Below, piece after piece: positions 1 through 14,778 of a stretch of DNA of 64,000 nucleotides. The translations under genes and the position numbers were made by a program. Every line of letters starts with the position of its first letter. The stretch's first letter is position 1. A model generated the notes under the pieces. The model saw only the letters and a program-made list of their open reading frames with translations. It was not told the DNA's origin and ran no database searches. Source of the stretch: Eledone cirrhosa (lineage: Eukaryota); NCBI GenBank assembly GCA_964016885.1, contig OZ024743.1, positions 267,778,001 through 267,842,000 on the forward strand, written 5' to 3'.

Positions 1-103
1 AGAGAGAGAAAATCAAAATCTTGATGTTGTGAGGGGGAAATCAAAGAAAAGATATTTGAATAATTAAACACATTATCGCGTTTTAGAACAATGGATCAAC
101 ACA

Positions 104-185
<82 letters not shown>

Positions 186-967
186 TGTGGGGGTGGTGGG
201 TCGGGCACTAATACACACACTCTGCCACCACAGCTCCCTCCCAAACTACTTCCGGTTATAGGTGCACCACTACCTCTCTTTGCTTTCGTCGTCCCCCTTA
301 CTCACGTAATCCCTGAACACCGGATTACAACATTTCTCTGGACATTGGATTACAACATTTCTCTGGACACTGCATATTCAGATACACACACACACACACA
401 CACGCGCGCAAACTAACAGAACCATACGTAAACATACACGCATTCACCCTCGCATGAATACACACAAAATCATTCTGCTACAGACAATAGACAAAGTAAC
501 AAACACACACGTGGTGACACATATAGACACACTCATCCAACACACACGTGAAAATACACACACACACTCACATACATTGAAACAATAGAAAAAAGTAATA
601 TACACACAAGCAAACACATGCCGGACTTCTTTCTTAACACCCTCAAACAATAATCTTTTCCTAAGTTTCACACACCACTTTCATGTGTCCCTCCGTTCTC
701 TCCCTACCCAAACTTCCCTCACAAGCAATTCCGTCCGAAACGCAGAACCCTCCTACACTTCCTCAAAATGTAAACCAAATAAGACTTTGAATTCTTGCAT
801 GATTGTTTTCGTTTTGCTTTATATACAAACTACATATATGCATTTGTGTGTGTGTTCGTGAATCTGTAACGGAATTAAAGAAGACACACACACATATATA
901 TATATATAAATATATATAACATATATGAACATTAATAATGTATATTAATAATGTATATATATATATT

Positions 968-1040
968 AATAATTGGTTCTACTTTTGGCACAAGACCAGC
1001 AAAGACCCACTTGTACTTTATTTTATCGACCCCTCAAAGG
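968..1040 (-). mobile_element. SINE family A, 3' fragment
   Basis: TTCTACTTTTGGCACAAG...TACTTTATTTTATCGACCCC, shared with many copies in the window. Confidence 0.75.
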
Positions 1041-1148
1041 GCGGCTGGCTGTGAAACTTGTTGGTCAGCCGCCCTCTCTGTCTCTGTTTTATCGGACCCA
1101 TGGTTTTTGGGACCCATGGCTTTTTACATATTCCTTTGTTATATTCTA

Positions 1149-1206
1149 ATATCTGATGATATCACCGTATTCATATGGAACCCGGTTATTGAAATGATCA
1201 TAGTAT
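1149..1206 (+). ncRNA. Minimal hammerhead ribozyme motif (Penelope-type)
   Basis: ATAT-CTGATGA-T-ATCACCG...CGGTTAT-T-GAAAT-GATC-ATA-GTAT. Both core boxes are present. Stem II is 6/7 paired, stem III is AT/AT capped by palindromic GATC, the cleavage triplet is AUA, and stem I is 4 bp. The module ends in (TA)n. Confidence 0.65.
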
Positions 1207-1252
1207 AATAAACCTTTCAAGGATTTACACCAGTCCAGCCTCCTGTTATTTC

Positions 1253-1315
<63 letters not shown>

Positions 1316-1956
1316 GGGAGGCATTGTATCATCACGAAAGGTATTAACATTATATTTGTTTCCTTTTAAAATGAAATTAGATAGAGCTACATATATGTCT
1401 ACAAGATTCTGTCTGCCAATATTTGTAAATATATTTGCATATATCCCAGTTTACATATTTTCATCGATAACAGTTATTTTTATTCATTTATTTTTATTAT
1501 TATTTTATTTATTATTATTATTTTTTTTTTTTTTGTGAAACTAAAGAGAAAAGAAAGACAACTTACATCAATAATGGAATTGTTTATTTATGTTGATATT
1601 AATTCTGCACAAAATAATCGAAAGTACAGTATAACTAGATTACAAATACATTACAAATGTTGCACAGACTGCACTTATATTAACAAAGTGCAAATATGAT
1701 CTCATTAGTCTTAACTGGCTCTCGGCCAGCAATTTGCGGGCAAAACAAATTTACAAATTATAATCAATATTACGAATTATTCATTCCCAATGATTTGTAC
1801 TACATATTTTCTCTGTTCATGAAGCTTAACTTGCTGCCAGTATGAGATGTGAATGAGGTTTTATCATATGGCATGGGTACACACACACACGAACATTTGT
1901 TTTAGAGAAATAATAATATCATACGCTCCTCCTCCTGTCATTCTCTCTCTCGTACT

Positions 1957-1993
<37 letters not shown>

Positions 1994-2766
1994 TGTGTGT
2001 TTGTGTGTATGTATATATATATATGTGTGTGTATGTATATGTATATATATATATGTGTGTGTATGTGTGTGTATGTATATATATATATATATATATATAT
2101 AACTATGACTGTTAATTGCTTCAAAATAGCAAGGGAATCGACTCCTAACCAATGCTATCCGAGCACTCAACCAAATATAATCCTTAAGCCTGCATTCAAA
2201 CTTACCCATCAGTCATAAACAAAAAATGAAAAAAAAGCAATCGTCTTTCAGAAGCATACTCAAAACACTCTCAGCATACAAAGAACTATACGTACATCAA
2301 TTACTGATACGGAAACCAGGCAGTATCAAGCTTCAACCGTCGTATTACGAGTTTTTTAATCAGTTCTGTAACCAACAATATCCCATCACGTAATTGTTAT
2401 TCAAACCATTCGAATTCAGAATAAAGTCACCAAATTAATCTAGGACCATATAACCCCAAACGAATAAGACCTCACGAGAATCAGCAGTTTGGTGCCGATT
2501 ATGTTGATGTTCTCATTGAAAGGTTATTCACATCAGTTTTACGACGATGTTTGTAGGTCTGCTGCTTGACTGAAGCAGTACATGAGAATTCATAAGAAGC
2601 AAGTTACATTCAAATCTATCCAAAGGTCTTACATCTATAAAATGGTTTGCAGGAGTATAGCAGGGTTGTAGAATCATTTGCAAGCTTATGCCATTCAGTA
2701 GGATGGATAGATGACCCACGTCTGTAAACAAGTCTCATTTATCATATATATATATATGTATCATAC

Positions 2767-2819
<53 letters not shown>

Positions 2820-2997
2820 TGTGTGTGTGTGCGTGTGTGTATGTTTAGGTGTGGGTGTGTGTAAGTGTGTATGTATGCATCTCTGAAAAACGCATGAAGT
2901 ACTTGTAATAACAAGCTGCATTTTAAAAAGACATATCAATATCGGAATTAATTGGAGAGCCCCCCCCCCCTAAATATTGCAAATATATGTGATATAT

Positions 2998-3174
2998 AAT
3001 TGTTTCTACTTTTGGCACAATACCAGCAATTATCCCAGTGTATTACTGGTACTTTATTTTATCGACCCCGTAAGGGGTTAACCTCGGCGGAATTTGAACT
3101 CAGACCATAAAGAGCTGTAACTCTTTGCTGCAAAGCATGGCGTACGACACTCTAAATACGGCCAATCCACCGGC
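2998..3174 (-). mobile_element. SINE family A, near full length
   Basis: Reverse complement of the family consensus, including B-box-like GAGTTCAAATTCC and the 3' GGCACAA/AGAAACAATT end. Confidence 0.8.
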
Positions 3175-3578
3175 CTGTGATATATAATATATTTGAAGCA
3201 TGTTAAACCTTCGTATAAATATGCAAGAACATTTTCAGTTTTTCATAAACGAAATTGGGAGTAAATTGTTCAGATATTTCCTTATGAAATTATGTTATGC
3301 CAAACGAAAATATATATATATATATATAAATAAATACATTATCGGGGAAAGCTTTTTAGCGATACTCAGGCCAAATTCCAACTCACTCAACAAACATTAG
3401 GAAATAAGTGAGTATATTCCTAACTAAGCGTTCGGGGTGCTAACTAAATGTATCGTGTGGAAAATTGGCTGTATTATTTCATATGAGACATATCGAATAT
3501 ATCTCTTCCCAGACGGACGTCTCGTTTCATTATAGGATTCCTACAATTTGGGTGAAATTATACCAATTTATGTAGGAG

Positions 3579-3623
<45 letters not shown>

Positions 3624-3636
3624 GTGTGTATGTATG

Positions 3637-3743
<107 letters not shown>

Positions 3744-3829
3744 TATAAGAACATATTAAAGTTTAAGCAAAAAATCGGTGCTTTTACCCTTAACGGGATC
3801 TCCTGGAATTTCACATTTATTATTACTAA

Positions 3830-3870
<41 letters not shown>

Positions 3871-4050
3871 CATGCACACATATATATATGTGTGCATGTA
3901 TGTATATACATACTAGTGTACGTCTGTATACATATATGTATGTACGTATACATACTTATATTTAAGTAACAGCCGTATAAGAGTGTGAAATGAAATTTCG
4001 TTTCAGTTTTGTCCATTTATATATATATATATACACTGTATATGTATATA

Positions 4051-4108
<58 letters not shown>

Positions 4109-4123
4109 GTGTGTGTGTGTGTC

Positions 4124-4154
<31 letters not shown>

Positions 4155-4485
4155 GTGTGTGTGTGTATGTGTGTGTGCGTGTGTGTGCGTGTGTGTGTGT
4201 GTTTGTATGTAGTAGCTGCTTCGCAATCCAGTGTTGAGTGAATTTGACGCATGATCGGAAAGTTGTAGTTCTAATACCAGAGAGTGTGCTGCATTGTTTC
4301 CTTGGGCAAGACAATTAGGTTAACTCTCTTCGAGTACACGTGCGAAGAATGGATCTCTCCACTTGTATGTTGCTTTGTATCTACAGACGCGTAACTGCCA
4401 CGAAACGGAGATCAGCATCGCGTTGTTCCTTGCATTGAAGCACAGGCAAGAGACTGTATTTAAAAATACTGTCACACAAAAATTA

Positions 4486-4594
<109 letters not shown>

Positions 4595-4635
4595 CATATA
4601 TACATACGGAATCATACATATTCGTATAAAAAAAA

Positions 4636-4682
<47 letters not shown>

Positions 4683-4929
4683 CAAAAGAGTAACGATCCC
4701 GAGGGCTGAACTTCGGCCGTTTCGATAGCTATATCCGAACTAAGTGTATTCTGGTGCGTCACGGTCCACATGGTATCGTACCACATCTTATTTGTTTTAT
4801 ATATATATATATATATATATACATATATAAAAACAAATAACGAAACGAAATTAAATTTCGTTTCGTTTGTAACTCACTTTTGTATGACTTAATTGTTTAT
4901 ACATATATATATATATATATATATATAAA

Positions 4930-5170
4930 TCAATGATATTAATAAATGGAAGCTATATTCATAAAACCATATTTATTCTATTAACGGTTCAAGTTTTACT
5001 TGGTAAAACTTGAACCGTTAAGGTCTCATTCCTGGATATGTCAATATGTATAAAACAACCTTTTTATTTTATCTAATGAGTGCGTATCAAAATGTTGGTA
5101 CCCTTGAAATATATATAATAGAATAAATATGGTTTTATGAATATAGCTTCCATTTATTAATATCATTGAT
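4930..5170. repeat. Nested inverted repeats in a (TA)n-flanked module (Penelope pLTR-like)
   Basis: About 53-bp arms (4930-4982 / 5117-5170), an internal palindrome TTAACGGTTCAAGTTTTAC-ttg-GTAAAACTTGAACCGTTAA, and a degenerate hammerhead CTAATGA...GTATCAA/TTGGTAC...GAAAT. Confidence 0.7.
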
Positions 5171-5295
5171 ATTATACTCCAGAAATACTGTCGAGTGCTT
5201 CGAATCTGTTATAAATATATATATTTGTTGAATTATCAACAAATTAAACATCCCTTTGCTTATATATACATACATACATACATACATATATATAC

Positions 5296-5559
<264 letters not shown>

Positions 5560-6059
5560 TGTGTGTGTGCCTATGCATATCTTAATCTATACTCTACTAC
5601 TCACTGTTAAGTTTATTTTGATAATTATTAGGATACTTTACCCTATTGACCATCATTTTTTCCGATTCTCATTAGACGTAATGAGATGCCGTTCTTTCTT
5701 ATGTTCTTCCAGTTTTCTTTTACCTTTTTCCTTTTTGTTTTCCTTTTTTGATATATTTGCATCTGAGATGACCTCTCGCCTTACATGAAAGTAATCGAAT
5801 CTGATTTAGGTATATGTTACTTGTAAGGTAGGCGTTAGTCAACGTATAGATTATTTGCTTGTTTTCCAATACACATATATTTCATATCACCTATATTCGT
5901 TTATGCCTATATTTGCTTATAAATCTCTTTATATATTTAATTGCATTTCTGTTCATTACTTTTGTTTATTTACATTATTCCTATGCCTTTCTATTTTACT
6001 TTCTGTTCTACACATACATATATACACATAGATGATATATAAGTACACATACACACCCG

Positions 6060-6099
<40 letters not shown>

Positions 6100-6545
6100 G
6101 TATATATGCATACACACTCACACACACACACATATATATATATACATACACACACAAACACACACGCACATATAAATATCTATCTGTAATCTATTATATA
6201 AATATGTGTGTATCTTAGCGACTATAGAATATGTTTATAGAATAAGTAATTATCTACACTCCTCTTGATTTTTCGATATCTCATATATATTAATCACTGC
6301 GATCAGTCTTATTGATTATTTCCTTGGTGGAAATGGATGTATTGATTTCAGTTTTTATGTTTTTCAAATATCATTGGCACTATGAGAGTATTTAATGATT
6401 TACAGCCGGATATCGAACGAGACATCATTACAAATATTTATAATTAATCTTGCTATGATACATTTCTGATACAAAATATATTAGGTTTTCTCACTAACTG
6501 TATCTATACATACAAACAATCACCCCCCCCCCCCCCACTCACACA

Positions 6546-6600
<55 letters not shown>

Positions 6601-6790
6601 GCACGTTTGTTTACAAAATCGGCTAACGGGATTAGAAAATTGTGCTGATGCCCAACTTTTTTCGTTCAGTGGGATTATGATTAGAAACGGTGAGACCTAG
6701 TAATTTATGTTTCATATATATATTACTCTATTACGTGTTCCAGCCGATGCTGGAGAATCGACATACACACACACATATATATATATATAT

Positions 6791-6872
6791 ATTGGCTCGT
6801 GAAGTATGAAATTTGTAGAGAGGCATATGGTCATATGTTTTTTTCTACAAATTTCATACTTGACGACCTCAT
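6791..6872. mobile_element. Tiny MITE (about 80 bp), copy 1
   Basis: TIRs TCGTGAAGTATGAAATTTGTAG / CTACAAATTTCATACTTGACGA, embedded in TA; second copy at 56817. Confidence 0.65.
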
Positions 6873-7547
6873 ATATATATATATCAAAGGTTAATTAGTC
6901 TCAAACATCTCAATGAAAGAAATCTCTCAGAGACGCAATATTATATATTAAAATAAAGTGAGAAGAAACTCTAATTATGGGAGTAAAGACAATATAGACA
7001 AAAAAAATATTTTATCTAACCTCGCTTATATGTAGATCTCCCTACCATGAAATTCATATTTGAACCACCAATAATTGAAGATTCCACGTAATATTTCAAT
7101 ATATAATAAATGAAACAAATAAAACACGGGAGACAATTTTCCACAGTTATATTAGGTTCACACTTAGAGGAATTAGAGAAGGTTCAACATCTCTGACAGA
7201 ATTCCTTCTTCAGGAAAGTTCGGAGAAGGAGAGAAGTGATACCCGTATGAGTAGCGTGAGAAGGTTAGGGAAGGAAGTTGTAAAAAAAATTCTAAAGGTG
7301 GTAGGGGTGGGTAGGTGAAAGGTCAAACCTGGGGAATTAACAGGTTTGATGGTATGGGGTGTCATGTGTATAGGTTTGAGGGTGTGTGGCGAAAGGATGA
7401 AATGTGTAGATGTACGTGACTTCAGTGTCTGTGTCCCAAAGTTTTATAAAGTGAAGTGTACACACTAGTATATGTGCGTGTACGTCACACACACACCACA
7501 CACAAAAACACACACATACAAAAACACACACACTCAAATATATATAT

Positions 7548-7618
<71 letters not shown>

Positions 7619-7865
7619 AACCAGTAAGACCCGGAAACGGCTTGAGCTCAGCTGTCGGGGTCTTACTGGTTCCTATTACCCACTCTACTACCTCAAGTAT
7701 TGAGTACTTTGGTGCGTTATGGTCCACCTGGTTCCTTACCACATTTCCTTCGTTATATATATATATATATATATAAATTACGCAATAATCATAACTATGT
7801 TCAAATCATTTTATTGCTAACAATCGTTTCTTCCCCAAACATTGTGACTTGGGGTTTGTGGTTTT

Positions 7866-7952
<87 letters not shown>

Positions 7953-8362
7953 TATATATATATTGTGTGTGCGCATGTGTGGGGTGTGAGTATAAATGTG
8001 ATGGATCTTCTTCACTTTCAACGTTGAGTATTTATTGTCAGGTAGAACTGGACGGACGTCGTCTCTGGTAAATATTTTGCCTCAAGATGTCAAGTAATGG
8101 GCATCTAACTTATGATAGTATGATATCCAAATGAAATTCTTAACTAGTAAGACATAATTCTACATATATATATATGTGTGTGTGTGTGTGCGGGTGGATA
8201 AAATTGTATTATAATTATTGTCATTGTACAATTCCCCATTTTATTTGTATATATTTTTATCACCTTGCCCCATCACACAACTCGTTAAATTGTTTGTTTT
8301 AGTTTTGACTTGTTTTCCTTCCTCTTCCCACAGTATTTATCTCCCTCTCATCTCACTGACAT

Positions 8363-8401
<39 letters not shown>

Positions 8402-8994
8402 CTGTGTATGTGTGTGTAAGTCCAATTCTATTTTTCTATTCATCTAACATCCTTTCATATGTTCTTATCCATTCCTTCATCTCCACATCTATGTATTCTT
8501 TCTCTAACATTTTCAATACTTTCCTGTGTTTCCATTCCCACTTTTTCTCTTTGTTCATATCTGTCTCCCACACACTTGCCCCCCCCCCCCCCTGCCTTCA
8601 CTTTCTTCATTTATCTATCTATACCCATTTGCATCAATCTAACCTCATACTCCAGCCGTCTTGGAACGCCACCTCCTACATAATTTCATCTACTAATTCG
8701 TCTCTAATGACATTGCTCAATACATAACTCGTTTGCTATTAATTCCTTTTAAGAAGACTTCCCAACCATTCTATGATTGATTACCACAATTTTGTCGCAT
8801 ATAGATTTCTTTGTTCACCATTTACCAACTGTTTTCGTCTATGAAAAATGTGATCTTTAGAGGAAAGGAAAGGAACAAAAAATAAGCTGTATGTATTAAT
8901 GATTTCTTATGCATACACTCATTCATGCATATTGAGCAAAAGGAACGCAGGCATATATTCAAGTAGGAAAACACCCCCAACCTAATAATTATTA

Positions 8995-9059
<65 letters not shown>

Positions 9060-9300
9060 TCTCTCTCTCTGTCTATGTCTATCTATCTATCTATCTCTCT
9101 TTACCTATCTATCTATACACATACATTTCTCTGTTTCTAAAACCAAAAATAGCTCATCCGTTTCCACCATATTTTATTCCAAGTTATTTATATATATTTA
9201 ATGCGGCTTTAGATTGCCAACTATATTCCAATATAGTACAGCATTCTATACACACACACTCATTCGAGTACATTAAAACACACACACACACACACACACG

Positions 9301-9331
<31 letters not shown>

Positions 9332-9719
9332 GCACACACACAGACACATATATGTGAATAAATCCTTTGAATGTACCCGCCAAAACTCAGGAAACTGATA
9401 TTCCTCATTATGAGAAATGAGATTTTACCTCACTTCCAAATTTACTGCTACAGTCGAATGACAGTGTTCGCCGAATTGAACTGGATACTTGGAAAAAACC
9501 TGTTGGTGAAGGGATATCCCTGTTCTATCTCAGGATCCATAACTCATTTACATATACAATACGCAGATTGGGATGTAACTTGCATTTCCCCAGAAAACTA
9601 TCGAAGATATTTATCGATTAATATCATCGATCATGGCCGGGTTCGTCTTTAACCTGTTTGTATTTTTCGTTGTTGTAGTGTTAATGTGGCAACATGCCTC
9701 TGGTCGGATTATTCACAAT

Positions 9720-9900
9720 GTCACAGTATCGGTAGAGGGTCGGACGCCATGCTTTCCAGCATAGTTACGTCCCTTTACGGTCTGAGTTCAAATCCTGTCG
9801 AGGTTAACTTTGCCTTTCATCCTTACGGGGTCGATAAAAGAAAGTACCAGTAATGTACTGGGTGATTGCTGGCCTTGTGCCAAAAGTAGAAACAACTATT
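9720..9900 (+). mobile_element. SINE family A
   Basis: CAGTATCGGTAGAG...CTGAGTTCAAATCC...GAGGTTAACTTTGCCTTTCATCC...GGCCTTGTGCCAAAAGTAGAAAC. Confidence 0.8.
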
Positions 9901-9960
9901 GCCTAAATTCACTCTGAGGGGAAATTTAGTGCTTCTAAACAATCTTCGAAGATCGGGATG

Positions 9961-10047
<87 letters not shown>

Positions 10048-10132
10048 AAAAGGTAAACAGAAATAACAACACAATCGGTACAGTATATGGAAGGAATGTA
10101 TTAGGTTAACGCTTGATATATCAGGAAGAGGG

Positions 10133-10168
10133 TCTTAACGTTTCGGACGCTAATCCTTCATCAGAAGA
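10133..10168 (-). ncRNA. Minimal hammerhead ribozyme motif (Penelope-type)
   Basis: Minus strand reads TCTT-CTGATGA-A-GGA-ttagcg-TCC-GAAAC-GTT-AAGA, with stem I TCTT/AAGA, stem II GGA/TCC and palindromic AACGTT at helix III. Confidence 0.7.
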
Positions 10169-11474
10169 AAGAATGAGAAATAAGATAGTGTAATATGATA
10201 TGGTGTAAGTATGTCTTGTTAGACATACTTACACCGTAAGTATGTCTAACAAGAGTTTTTATTCCTCATATAGGCAAGTTAATTATTGTATTTGATAGAT
10301 AATTTACTGCATGGATTTGCTTTCTTATAAGAATATGCAAAGTTTTATGAAATGTTCCATTTATATATTTCAAATATGCCTTACATTTTATTTAACTGGT
10401 ACTGTCAAATTTAGTAGTTTAGTAGATTCCGACCGGTGCCAACATATGGGTATATTATGAGCCCACCCAAGCTGTGACGAACAACATACACACTACGAGA
10501 AGATATAGTCTTAGGTAAACCCCGATTAGCATGCAGTGTAAGATAATTCTCTCAATTACCTAAATACTAATGACGCTAGAGATATTAATAATGGATATGT
10601 ACAAGACAAGTATTATATATTAAATGCAAATTTTGAAACGTTACAGAAGAGCAATGAAGATATTTCTAAAATCACATTATCCGCGATAATCAGATCTAGT
10701 AATAAAACTCTGAAAAGCAACATTAAATCCTTTTCCCAATACAGACTTTAAACCCTCTCCGGTTTAATTTTCCTACGTGTTCTGTGGTTACTTTAGCGGT
10801 TTCCATCAGAATTTAGAATAGGTCTCGGATCTGAGAATAATATTCTTGTTGAACTGCTTCCTAATCCAGTATAAAATAAACTGAGTGTTTTCTATCTTTC
10901 CTTTCCACCCACCACAAATTCAAAGGAGCGATGGATGATGTGCCGTGGCGTAATCAAACAATTGTAACAGATGGGTTGGTTATTTTGTGTTCAAAGGATT
11001 GAGAAGTTATTTATAAGAATATATATTAGTGTAGAATATCACGTATGATAAAGAACCAGAAAATCTTAAAATGAACTAGAAACATACGTAATTTAATGCA
11101 AACAGTACATACAAATTACATCTTTACCGATGTTTCTAGTACACAGGTCGTTAATCTTAATCATATGTTGTTCTTTTTAAGCTTGGGAAAATATATTAAA
11201 GAATATATAACATCTGAAATATTTTCAGGTATATCCGTTTGAAATATCTTTTGTCCATCTTAATGTCATTCTAAAATCTCTCTTATAGATTACTTCTGTT
11301 ATTCTCATACGGTAAACGCCCCCGAAACATCAGATCATTTTCCTTACATAAGTTCGTGTGCATAAATGTTGTCCGTCTCGTGTCTTCTTGCTTTCACATT
11401 TTGTTTAACACCTGAAACTTCCCCGCTGTACTAATTGTATTGTTTTTGTCTATAAACACAAACAAATATACACG

Positions 11475-11511
<37 letters not shown>

Positions 11512-11645
11512 GTAGATAAATCTACCAAGAGTTTACGGTAGTGTCCAATCCGTATGAAGAACTCAATGTATTCCGGATATCATGGAAAGAAGAAATGTAA
11601 TGAAAAATCACTTTCGGTGAAAGATAAACGGTATACAGAGTCAAG

Positions 11646-12133
<488 letters not shown>

Positions 12134-12729
12134 CAGTGTCTGTGTGTGCGTGTCTGTGTGTGACTGTATGTGTGTGTAAGAATTTATGAGTGCGCGCGTG
12201 TATATATAAACATATACACACAGACATACGGATATGCATGCGGACACGTAACCGCACGCATTGGTAAATGAAATAATTATCTTATGTTGCATATTATATA
12301 ACTATATATATATATATATATATGTATATATAAAAGGATAACAAAATATCGTGATAGGTAATCCAATTAGAGGTTGTGAATACTTCTTATAAGAGGTTTA
12401 GGTAGATGACGAGTTTATGTTTTCACTTATATTCCTATGTAAGTTTATCTTGGAGTAATAAAATTGAAAAAGTGGAGTATAACATGGTCAACAGTACAAA
12501 AAAGGGGATTTATTTGCAGTCTAACTATTGTTTCAATGATAGAGTTTCTAAAAATTGCTGAACACTAAAAGCAGTGCCACTCAAACTTAAATACGATGTT
12601 AACTCTATTAGATCTTCGAAAACTGTAAAAAAATATAAATGTAACCCGCAAATTTACAAATTCAAATTACATCATCAATAATAATATTAATAATAAAGAT
12701 ATAGAGAGAAAAGGAGGAAGAAAGGGAGA

Positions 12730-12771
<42 letters not shown>

Positions 12772-12996
12772 CTACTGTACTTCTGTATATATATATGTAT
12801 GTACGTATACATACATATATTTAAGTAACAGCCGTACTAAGAGTGAGAAATGATATCTCGTTTCATTTTTTCCGTTTATTGTTTTCGGTACCTCGGACGA
12901 TTAACTCACTCGATATACAAATTAGGCTGCTCAGCCGTTAATATGCATAAGGACAGTATATACTTTCAGACGTTCAACCATCTGTCAGGAAGGTAT

Positions 12997-13039
12997 ACGT
13001 TGCTGACGATAGCTAATAAGCTTGAAACTAGTACAACGT
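12997..13039 (+). ncRNA. Minimal hammerhead ribozyme
   Basis: ACGTTG-CTGACGA-T-AGCT-aata-AGCT-T-GAAAC-TA-GTA-CAACGT, with a perfect 6-bp stem I, a 4-bp stem II, palindromic ACTAGT helix III and a GUA cleavage triplet. Confidence 0.8.
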
Positions 13040-13157
13040 TCCTTTGTCAGTGTTGAACAAATGAGCAGCGATGGTTGCTAGACACTGTACGGCTTAATTC
13101 CGGATGTTTGTTTACAAACACACCGAGCATTATAATAAATGTTCGGTGAATCCATAC

Positions 13158-13200
<43 letters not shown>

Positions 13201-13449
13201 CATGTATGTATATATATATTCATACTACTGTACTTCTGTATAAATATATGTATATGCGTATATATACATATATTTAAGTAACAGCCGTACTAAGAGTGAG
13301 AAATGATATTTCGTTTCATTTTTTCCGTTTATTGTTTTCGGTACCTCGGACGATTAACTCACTCGATATGCAAATTAGGCTGCTCAGCCGTTAATATGCA
13401 TAAGGAAAGTATATACTTTCAGACGATCAACCATCTGGCAGGAAGGTAT

Positions 13450-13492
13450 ACGTTGCTGACGATAGCTAATAAGCTTGAAACTAGTATAGCAT
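13450..13492 (+). ncRNA. Minimal hammerhead ribozyme, copy 2
   Basis: Identical core; stem I is ACGTTG/TAGCAT (two G.U pairs, one mismatch). Confidence 0.65.
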
Positions 13493-13610
13493 TCCGTTGT
13501 CAGTGTTGAACAAATGAGCAGCGATGGTTGCTAGACACTGTACGGCTTAATTCCGGATGTTTGTTTACAAACACACCGAGCATTATAATAAATGTTCGGT
13601 GAATCCATAC

Positions 13611-13645
<35 letters not shown>

Positions 13646-13649
13646 CATG

Positions 13650-13692
<43 letters not shown>

Positions 13693-13982
13693 GCACGTAC
13701 ATATATATATATATATATATATATGTGCATGTATGTATATATATATATATATATATATATACATGCACATATATATATATATATATATATGTGCATGTAT
13801 GTATATATATATATATTTATATATATATATACATGCACATATATATATATATATATATATGTACGTATGGATTCACCGAACATTTATTATAATGCTCGGT
13901 GTATTTGTAAACAAACATCCGGAATTAAGCCGTACAGTGTCTAGCAACCATCGCCGCTCATTTGTTCAACACTGACAACGGA

Positions 13983-14025
13983 ACGCTATACTAGTTTCAA
14001 GCTTATTAGCTATCGTCAGCAACGT
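13983..14025 (-). ncRNA. Minimal hammerhead ribozyme, copy 3 (inverted)
   Basis: Identical core on the minus strand; stem I ACGTTG/TAGCGT is fully paired with two G.U pairs. Confidence 0.75.
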
Positions 14026-14524
14026 ATACCTTCCTGACAGATGGTTGAACGTCTGAAAGTATATACTTTCCTTATGCATATTAACGGCTGAGCAGCTTAA
14101 TTTGCATATCGAGTGAGTATGTATATATATATATATATATACATACTACTGTACTTCTGTATACATACTTATAATCAAGTAACAGCTGTACTAAGTGTGA
14201 GAAATGAAATTTCGTTTCATGTTTTCCGATAAATAATAAATAAATAAATAATGTATATCTAATGTGATATAAAATTGTATAAAATGTGAAAAATGAAGAA
14301 TAAAAATAAATACGTAAAAGGAGTAAAAAGAATAAAAATGTGTGAAGAATATTTAAACATATTAAAATTATTAAGAATGGTTTTAGAGAATTGTTGAATT
14401 ATATGGAGAGATAATAAGGTGAAAATATGATAATGTTAAATATATTTATGTGTGTATTGGTTACTTTAATAAATAAATTAATTAATTAGTTTCAAGTTAT
14501 ATTATATGATAAAATAAAACAACA

Positions 14525-14778
14525 CACTTAATAAAATTTGGCAACTCAAAGATGCAAACATGGAATATAAAATCAGCTGGACAAAGATATTGAAAGCAAA
14601 GGTATATCAAATTGATATGTCCCTCTGTGGTCTCTGTAATATGGAACTTTTCCAAATTTTAAATTACAACAAAATCTTCTTAACAGTAAAATTGAAAAAA
14701 CTAGTTTTTGTCGACATAAATCGGCGACTATATATGAGAAATTTTGACCAGCTTAATTCCATCTCATCTATTCCATAA
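14525..14778 (+). pseudogene. Penelope-like element, GIY-YIG endonuclease C-terminal remnant
   Basis: Translates as KIWQLKDANMEYKISWTKILKAKVY...LCGLCNMELFQIL, with a frameshifted CRHK. This matches the IW.LK..Y.I.W..C.LC..E...CRH tail of PLE proteins. Confidence 0.65.

Larger units (their letters stand above)
12768..14230. mobile_element. Cluster of hammerhead-bearing units (453-bp period): two tandem, one inverted, one partial
   Basis: Units start at 12768 and 13221. An inverted copy lies at 13861-14117 and a partial forward start at 14142-14230. Units are separated by (TA)n/ATGCAC tracts; there is no credible ORF. Confidence 0.8.

Noticed and set aside
4225-4400. Second SINE-like family (also about 21150-21320, 47520-47640 and 51960-52080)
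   Set aside because: Too degenerate to set boundaries or assign a family by eye
12850-13509. Duplicated 68-aa ORFs
   Set aside because: Short ORFs within the repeat unit with no recognisable homology; better explained by the RNA motif
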